Shown piece after piece: positions 54,401 through 63,400 of a stretch of DNA of 64,000 nt (the first letter of the stretch is position 1; every line of letters starts with the position of its first letter). Location: positions 2,976,001 to 3,040,000 of the forward strand of contig OZ365117.1 in the NCBI GenBank assembly GCA_977030845.1, written 5' to 3'. Under the pieces are notes generated by a model, which saw only the letters and a program-made list of their open reading frames with translations, was not told the origin of the DNA and did not search any database. This stretch comes from Fimbriosthenelais zetlandica. Its lineage: Eukaryota. The position numbers and the translations under genes were made by a program.

Positions 54401-57400
54401 AAAGCGCCTTCTACACTACACCGATCTGGGACCCGATTTCATGATCTTAACGATCTGATCAGATCAAATTGAAGTAAGATCGGCATAAATCGGCATAATG
54501 TGTATGAAGATCAGATCATGATCGGTGTACAGTGTGCATGTGATCTGACATGTCAGATCTGGTGCGATTTGGAGCAGATCTTGCATGTCAGATTTTGATC
54601 TGATCAGATCATAAATTGGTAGAGTGTAGAAGGCGCTTAAGACAGACACAAGTAACTGAACTTGAACACTGACCTGCAAAACTGAGTTTTCCAGTAGTGG
54701 AGAGTTTCTCGTATTTGGCAGTGTAAGCTCCCACGTCAGTGTCGTCAGCCTTCTCTATGATGAGCTGGTGAACCTTACCATCAGCCTTGATGTCAAACTT
54801 CTCATCGCGGCGGATCTTCTTCTCACCCTTGTACCATTCCAGCTTGAGGCCAGACTTGGAAATCTCACACTCCAATGTTACATTGATGTTGATCTCTTTC
54901 AGGGTGATGTTCTCAAGTTCCCGAGTAAAGACAATCTCTTCAACTTTAAGTAAACAGGAAAATAGCTCAGAAACATAAGAATATCATAAGCAGAAGATCA
55001 TGGACATCACAATGGTTTATTGACAAAAGAAAGGACAGGGCAGAAGGCAATGGCATCACACTTAAGGTGCCTTGTAAACCAATGTAATCACTGGTTGTAA
55101 AAACTACTCTGAATAGAAACTTCAAACTGGGGCTTACCATACTTGGCTGGTTTGGATGGAGGTGAGGCTTCGCCTACTCCAGCCTTATTCTCAGCAGCTA
55201 CTCTGAACTCATACTGTTTGCCTTCCTGAAGCCCCTTCACTACGGTCTTGGTCTCAGTGACTCTCTTCTCGGCCACTCTCCATTTGACATCTCCTGACAT
55301 CTTCATCTCTAGTACATAGTTAGTGATGGGTGACCCGCCGTCAGAGCTGGGTGGCTGCCATGTGACTGTAGCTTCCTCTGGAGTGATATCCTCCACAATG
55401 GGAGCATCTGGCCTGCCTGGAACATCGTATGGATTCTTAGCAACGAACCTTCCAGTGGATTCTGAAGGCTTACCGATGCCAGCTTCGTTCTCTGCAGAGA
55501 CACGGAACTCGTATTCTGATCCCTCAATGAGATCAGTGAACTCCATGACCATCTTCTTGGTGACGGTTTTGTTCACCTTGATCCAGCGAGTTCCAGTCTG
55601 CTTCTCCACATAATAACCTTTAATGGGTGATCCTCCATCAAACTCGGGAACATCCCATGTGAGTGTACATGATGAGGTGGTCACATCGCTTACTTTAACC
55701 TTGGTAGGTGGACCTGGTGGATCAAATGGTAGCCGAGCCGTCACAGCTTCATCATTCATGGCAGGGTCGCTACGACCGATGTCATTCTCAGCGAACACCT
55801 GGAACATGTAGCTGTTACCTTCCACTAGTTTAGACACGCGGAGGCTACGGCAGTCAGGGTGGGTGTTGCCAGCATTAAAGAAAGTCGACTTGCGGGTGTC
55901 TCTCTTTTCAATGATGTACTCTGTTAGATCTGACCCACCGTCTGACTCAGGCTCGTCCCAGGCCACCACAATGTAGTCTTTGTAAATCTCGGTTGCACGG
56001 ACATTCTTAGGTGGTGATGGTCGGTCTGCAAAGAGGGAAACATACATGAAAATACTGAGAATAACTAGGTGGAAAGCTTCTGACAAGTCAGCATACCATA
56101 TGGCAGCCAGCATAATTCATAAAGGCATCATTTGGTACCAGCCACTCCTGATATTGGTTTCTTCCTATAGACATAACATATGGGATTGAACAAATCAATA
56201 AAATCAAGGCAGTTGCCCTGTGGGTCACATATATGACTTACCCTTGATAGTGACAGTAAACTCTGCACTGTCTTCACCCACTTTGTTTTCAGCCACCACC
56301 TTGTAGGTACCACCGTTGATACCAGAGCAAGGTTTGATGGTCAGTGTGGAGGCGGACTCGCTGGTCTCTATCGTCACTTCACCACCAGCTGTCAGTTGGT
56401 TGTCGTTATGGAACCATGTCACTTTAGGGTTGGGTACACCACTCACCCTGACTGGCAGGGTAAGGGCTGAGCCAGCCTTCTGGACAACAGTCTCCTTCAG
56501 CCGGTCCTCATATACAATTGTTGGTTTGACTGGAAAAATGAAAGTAACAAGTGTTCAACCCTCAGATCTTGTCTCAGAGGATGTTACAGAGGTTGGTCGT
56601 TGCTGTGCAGTGACATACAAGATCAGGCTTACAAGACATTACATTATTACAATGTGATAATTATCATTGAGTATGTGAATGTACAGCAATAGAATGGAGA
56701 CAAATGTTTAGAAATACAGTAGACAAATGTTTGGGGATGCTTGAAACATGAGCTCACCATTGACACCTAGGTAGCACTCGGTGTGGCAGCGTCCTATCTT
56801 GTTGGACGCCTCACACTTGTAATGCCCAGCGTTTTTGAGTGTTGTGTCTTTGATGACCAGTGCAGCCACCATGTCATTGTAAAGCATCTCGTGGTGTTTG
56901 TCTGATAGTATGGCTTTACCATCCTTGTACCAGTTCAGGTTGGCCTTGGGGTCACCAGGCAGAATCCTCGTCTCCAAGATGATGTCTGCTGGAGCAACAA
57001 CTGTGTTGTCCTCCAAGGGCTCCTTCACCTCTGGTGCTTTGCCAACTGAAATGAAACATGATATTGTGATTTCTGCACAGGGAAATGGTGACTCAAACCT
57101 GGGGCCTATTCTATAACACTATATTTGATCAGTAAGTGGGATTTTAGTGACCCAAAGAACCAGATTTCCGTCAGAGAGAACTTACCAATAGGTTCCTTGG
57201 CCTCGACTGGTGCAGTAGGGTCAGACATGGGTCCCACCCCAGCTTTGTTCTCAGCCGCGAACCTGAACTCATAGATGTTACCCTGTACAAGCTTGGACAC
57301 GGTGTAGGAGAGACCAGAGATGGTCTCCTCCGTGACTCGCTTCCACTTGAGAGCGCCTTCGATGCGATATTCGATGACATAGTTAAAGATATCAGCTCCG

Positions 57401-60400
57401 CCGTCATCAGCCGGTGGCTTGTAGGCCAGGGAGATGGAGGTGTCCATGACCTTAGTGATGTCTGGTGGGTTAGGCTTACCAGGCTTGCCTGAAAAGGTGA
57501 AGGAGCATGACAAGTTTGGTTACGGCTCAATGGTAGATATAGGTCTTAGGAGCTGCCAAATCGAGTGACCAAGCGCCTGGGATAACTGATTTTAGAGTTC
57601 TAGCATAAATTTAATGTGATGCGTTATTAGAATATCAAAATTCCCTTCAATATTATACAGGGCCACCCTAGAATAGGGAGAATTTGATGGGACACCAAAG
57701 GAGGATAGGGGGACTTACCAAATGCATCTTTGGCGACCACTGGTTTGGTTGGGGAGCTGGGTTCACCTTGGCCCACCTTGTTGACAGCTGAGATCCTGAA
57801 CTCATATTCACTGTCCTCCATCAGGTCTGTGACTTTATATTTGAGTTCAGACACTGGCTCCTTGTTAACGACCACCCATCGTGTGCTGGTTGTCATACGG
57901 CGTTCCACCACATACCCGGTGATGGGAGAACCACCGTCTGTCTCCGGTACCTGCCATGACAGCCCAGCACTCTCCTTGTCTACATCAGACACCTCAGGAG
58001 ATTGTGGTGGCCCTGGTTTGTCTGGAGGGAAGGAATCAATACGGAAAATAGAATTTGGGAATATTTGGGTTGAATATTTAGAGAGATATTGTTTCAGGGC
58101 GCTTTTGTGGATTTACAAAGTTGTTGAAAATTTGGGTTTTTTGAAAATAAATAGATGGTAGTTTTGGTGGTGAATAATCAAAATTGTCTCTGGGATCCAA
58201 ACTAAAATATCCTAAACAAAAATTGAGGAATATTAAAAGTCATTCCTCATACTAAAATATAACTAGGCTAAGTCTAATATTCTATACTAGAACATGTAAT
58301 TAGTCTATATCATCTAAGTCTGATTCATCTAATGTCATTACATTCTAAAAAAATAAATTAAACACAAAAAACATAAATACTTCTAAAAGATATATGTTTT
58401 ATGGCTATTAAAACAAAGTGTAGGAGTGCATTCCTTGTATTGTGGAATGTACAAAATAAAATGACCCGATCCCCCCATAAACAAAGATATAATTAAATAA
58501 CTGGTAATGTTTTTCTAAATAAAATAAATAATCAGGAACGGCACAAACACAAACATATAATAGACGGAGACAGAGACGGAGCGATAGCTGGAGAGAGACG
58601 CGATGAACAACTCTCATAGAAGAGCAAAACAAAGCGGCAGTTACAGGTTTTAAAATGTCTAGATTTTTTTTATAGACTAAACCTACTTTTCTTCCAGCAA
58701 AATAGTGTATTTTTGATCAAAATGTCTGCCTTTCTATTGATAAATTGTTCATCACATAATGCAGCAAAGTGCGGGCCACAAGTGAGCACCTCAGTTTGGT
58801 TGACAACCAATCTGTTTACCTGCCAATCTTCCAGTTTTTATCATCGATGTAGTCTGGTTCTAATAATCTTACATATATCTCCAAAAAGCAGCAACATTTA
58901 AAACATCAAAAAGCAAAGATGGAGCAATGTTTTCACCTTAAAAAAGCACAAGTTAGGGGGGGGGGGGCAGTGTTGATACGGAATGTTGGTGTGATGCGTA
59001 ACCAAGACTTCCCCACATATTGTTACATTAAAACTGCTAAAAGTAACGTGATGTAACATCAAGTAACGTTGAACAGTGTATCTTACAGTGTATATGAATG
59101 ATAAAAGCGCAGAAGCATGTAAATTATGATGACAAGGAAGATTAGCCTGAAATCGTAACACTTACCAAACTGGCTTTTGGGAGTGACTGGTTTAGGAAGT
59201 TCAACCGTCGGGCCTTGGCCGACTTCATTCTCAGCCGAGACCCTGAACATGTAAGATGAGCCTTCCTTCAGTTGAGTCACTGTGGTTTCAAGGTCGTCTG
59301 ATTTCATGTCCTGGTCCCACGTACGTTTACCAGGTTCACGACGTTCTAACGTGTAACTGGTGACGTCACAACCACCGTCATCTTCAGGCTCGTCCCAGCT
59401 GAGACTCACCGAGTCCTCAGTCACAGAGGTCACCATGAACTCTTCAGGAGGTCCAGGTTTGTCTGAAAAAAAACCCAACAAGAATTACTTACTTTCCAAG
59501 TTTAGAATTGTGACAAATAGTAGGAGGAATCAAGCCCTGAAAATGAAGGATGAACTGCTAAAGATGACTAGAAAATACAATTCGCTCTACTCCGTTATGA
59601 AGTTGTCTGTTATGGGGTAACTCCACTGCACTTTTTTACCCTTGCGGCCCTTGCGGTTATACGTTGCGGATGACTTGCGGCTCTCTCACACGCCAACCGC
59701 AAGGCAGTGGAGTTATCCAAACCGCAGACCCGCAAGCACCGCAAGGGCCACCTTGCGGCCTGCGATTCGATCCAAATTTTTTGATCGGGCCGCAACAAAT
59801 CTTGCGAATAGCGGTCCTTGCGGCCGTTGAGTTTGTAGTGGAAGCAACCAAATGGAAGCACCGCCGGCTCCGCAACAGCACACAACGTAGGTCGACCAAT
59901 GAGGGTGCTAGTAGAGTTCACGTTATCCATACATCCGGTTAGCAACAAGATGGCGGGACGACGCCAACAAGCAAAAGCTACATCTCGAGGTAGGCCTAGA
60001 AGGCTAGGCCTAGGAGTAAACAGCACTAGGTCTAAGGCTGTTGTTTTCTGTTTTTCTTGGCATCATTAGCTGCTTTCTTTCGACGATAATTGCAGAAAAC
60101 AGTTGCTGCCAAAACGGCAATGATCGCCAGGTCCTCCATTTTGACCTCGACACCTGTAGTCATGGAAATACAGGTAGGTCTCTGCAGCCGCAAGGGAGCC
60201 GCCGGCTGCATAGGCTGCAGTGGAGTAGGTTCAACCGCAAGCACCGCAAGGACATCAACACCCGCAGAAAAAATAGAACGAGTAGAGCCGCAAGACGGCC
60301 GCAAGTGACTTGCGGTGCAGTGGAGTCCTGCCATTACTCAATTCCTTGGGGCAACATCTAATGTTATTCATCGGACTGGTAACTGCTAGAACTGTTCTTG

Positions 60401-63400
60401 CTGACCTTGCAAATGGCTTAGCTCTAGCGGCATGCCTTCATGACTAGAGACCCAGTCATTCAAGTTTACCACAAAAGTGTCATGATTGTCTGAACTAAAT
60501 CCAAGGAGTTGACATTGAAGTAAGATAACGTACCAATAACTTTGATGTTGATTGTGTGGGTGGCCTTGCCATACTTGTTCTCGATGTTCAGTTTGTACTC
60601 GCCGCTGTCTTTGCGCTGGACCTTTGCCATGGTGAGAGATGTCATACCATAGATGGTCTCAGATTTGATCCTCCGTGCGTCGGAGAACTTTCCGCCATTA
60701 AACTTCCACGTCACATCCGGCATGGGGTGAGCGCTGAAGGGCACTTCAATGACCTTGGCCGACCCTGCCCTCAGGACGATGTTATCTTCAACCTCGGTGA
60801 AGTCGAACTTTGGAGGTGCTGCATAACAAATATTTAAATATTTAACACTCAATTTTGGACAGAAAAATGACTGAATTGATTCATTAATTCATGACATAGT
60901 TTACCTTTGATGGTAAGGGTTGCGGTGGAGGTGAACCCCTTGATGTTGACGGAATACTTGGCTTCATCATCAGGCTGAGCGTTGTTGATGGTCAGTGTAT
61001 GTTGACCATTGGATTGTTTGATCTCGTATTTGTCAGAAGCTTTGATAGGTTTGTCACCAACAGACCATTCAGCTTTTAGACCTGATTTGGAGACCTCACA
61101 AGAGAAGACTCCAGGGATACCAACTTCCTCAAGGACAACGTCTTCAAGAGGTGTCACAAAGTTGATGGGTTCAACTGAAAATAGAGAGGAAAACAATTCA
61201 GAGATATAAGTCTATAGTCTACTTTACTCTAGTAGGATGGAAGGAGGAAGAGATAGCTTGCAACTAATGATCGCTTGGGTCTTGCTTTTTCTGTGAAATC
61301 ACATGCAATAGTGGAAAAAACCTATGAGGATGAAAGTTGTCAGCAACAAACCAAATGAACTTACCACATTTGTGAGGGAGTGAAGGATCAGAGGGAGGAC
61401 CTTGTCCAGCCTTGTTCTCAGCTGTAACTCGGAACTCGTACTCATTATCTTCCCTCAAACTTGGAATAGTAAACTTCAGATCAGTCACGGTCTCTTTCTT
61501 GTTTACAACTGTCCACTTGCGATCACCAACTTGTCTCATTTCTACGATGTAATTTGTGATCTCTGCTCCACCATCTGAGTCAGGAGCAGCCCAGGAGATA
61601 GAAGCAGTGACACCTGTTGATTCTTCAACAACAGGACGTCCTGGTTTGCCTGGTGGATCGAACGGATCCTTAGCAACAAAGCTGATGGGTTCACATGGCT
61701 TGCCTTGGCCAGCGTCATTCTCAGCGAACACTCTGTATTCATACTTCTCGCCTTCGTTTAGATCATCAAGAGCAAGCTCAAGGACCTTGACGGCTTTCTT
61801 GTTCACCTTGATCCATCTCGATCCAGAGCGTCTTTCTACATAGTAACCAGTGATGGGAGAACCACCATCAAGTTCAGGAGGTTCCCACGTCAGTTTGGCT
61901 GATGTTTTGGTGATATCATTTGCCTTGAGGTTAATTGGTGGACCCGGAGGATCTGAAAGAATACAAATTATGTGTTTTAAAAGTGAGAAACGGATTCATA
62001 AAGATGCTGTTCATGTCTAATACAAAGTATCGGTAGGACAAAAGTCAGTTGCTTACCAAATGGCAGTTTAGCAGTTACAGGTTCAGTTTGAGCTGGATCA
62101 CTTTCACCAATATCATTAACTGCTTTTATTTGGAAGATGTAATCTTTTCCTTCCACACATTTCTCCACCTTGAAGCTGAAGTCTTTGTCACTGACTTCTC
62201 CGACCTTAACAAAGGCCTCACGTTTGACGTCGCGGCGTTCTATGACGTAGCCAGTAATGGGTGAGCCTCCATCGTGTTCAGGCTTCTCCCAACTCACCAC
62301 AACAAAATCTTTGTAGATTTCTGTGGGACGAACATTCTGTGGAGGCGATGGGCGATCTAAAACAGAAGAAAAACATGTTGAATTTACTGGACTGGTCACT
62401 TAGAACATGGTTGGCACTAAACTAATATTTCTAATGCTGAAAATACGGTACCTTTGACAGTGACATCAAATTCTGCGGATGCCGAGCCTGCTACATTTTC
62501 AGCTGTCACTTTGTATGTGCCAGCATCAGCTGCTGTCAGGCCCTTCACCGCCAGCCTGGAATAGGTGCCCTGTGTCTCAATAGTGACACGGTTAGTGTTC
62601 TCTAGTGTCACATCACCTCTTGACCAAGTGACAGTTGGTGTGGGTGTACCAGTGACTGTCACATAAAAGATCAAACTTCCCTCTGCCTTCAGTGCCTGAG
62701 TCTCCTTGTACTTGTCTTCGTAGGTGATGACCGGTGCAACTGCAAAGCACAAAAACCATCATTCTCAAATTTCAGACCGTCAATAGCAAATTAAAAGACC
62801 ATAACTTTACTGATTATTGGAATATCAAGAAGATTTCTCAGTTTAAGAACGCCCAGATCAAGATTGAATAGAAGAGATCTTACTATTGACTGTGAGTGTA
62901 CATGAAGTCTCCACACGACCAAGCTTGTTGCCGGCCTCACAACGATATAGATGGTCGTCATTCAAATCTACCTTTGAAATCGTCAATGTTGCTACTTGAT
63001 TCTCATACGTCATGGCATATTTCTTGCCAGAACTAAGCTCTTCTTTGGAGTTCTTCCACCTGAAAAACGGTAGCATAATGTCCATATGAAGGGTGTAGCT
63101 TTTGAAACTAGTGTTTGGTTAAAGCACAGTGGAAACCAAAGATATTTGATAGTTAAGATAGAGTTGTTGCCTACCATTTAACCTTGGCAGCTGGATCTCC
63201 TGGCTTGATGGTACATTCCAGTGTTGCAGAGCAAGGAGAAGTCACAGTTTGGTCTTCCAGGGGTTTCACTAGTTCTGGTTTTTGCCCAGCTGAAATTGAA
63301 AAGCAAAAGACGTATATTCAATATAGAAAAAGATCAATATAGAAAGATTTTGAAACTTAGTCATGATGATATTGTTTCAGATCCAAAGGGCAGCAGTGCA

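Noticed and set aside
58820-58859. 40-nt exon-like segment (EPDYIDDKNWKIG) with TAG/GTAAAC ends
   Set aside because: It is not frame-preserving and has no compensating partner. It could only be a poison exon and has no support.
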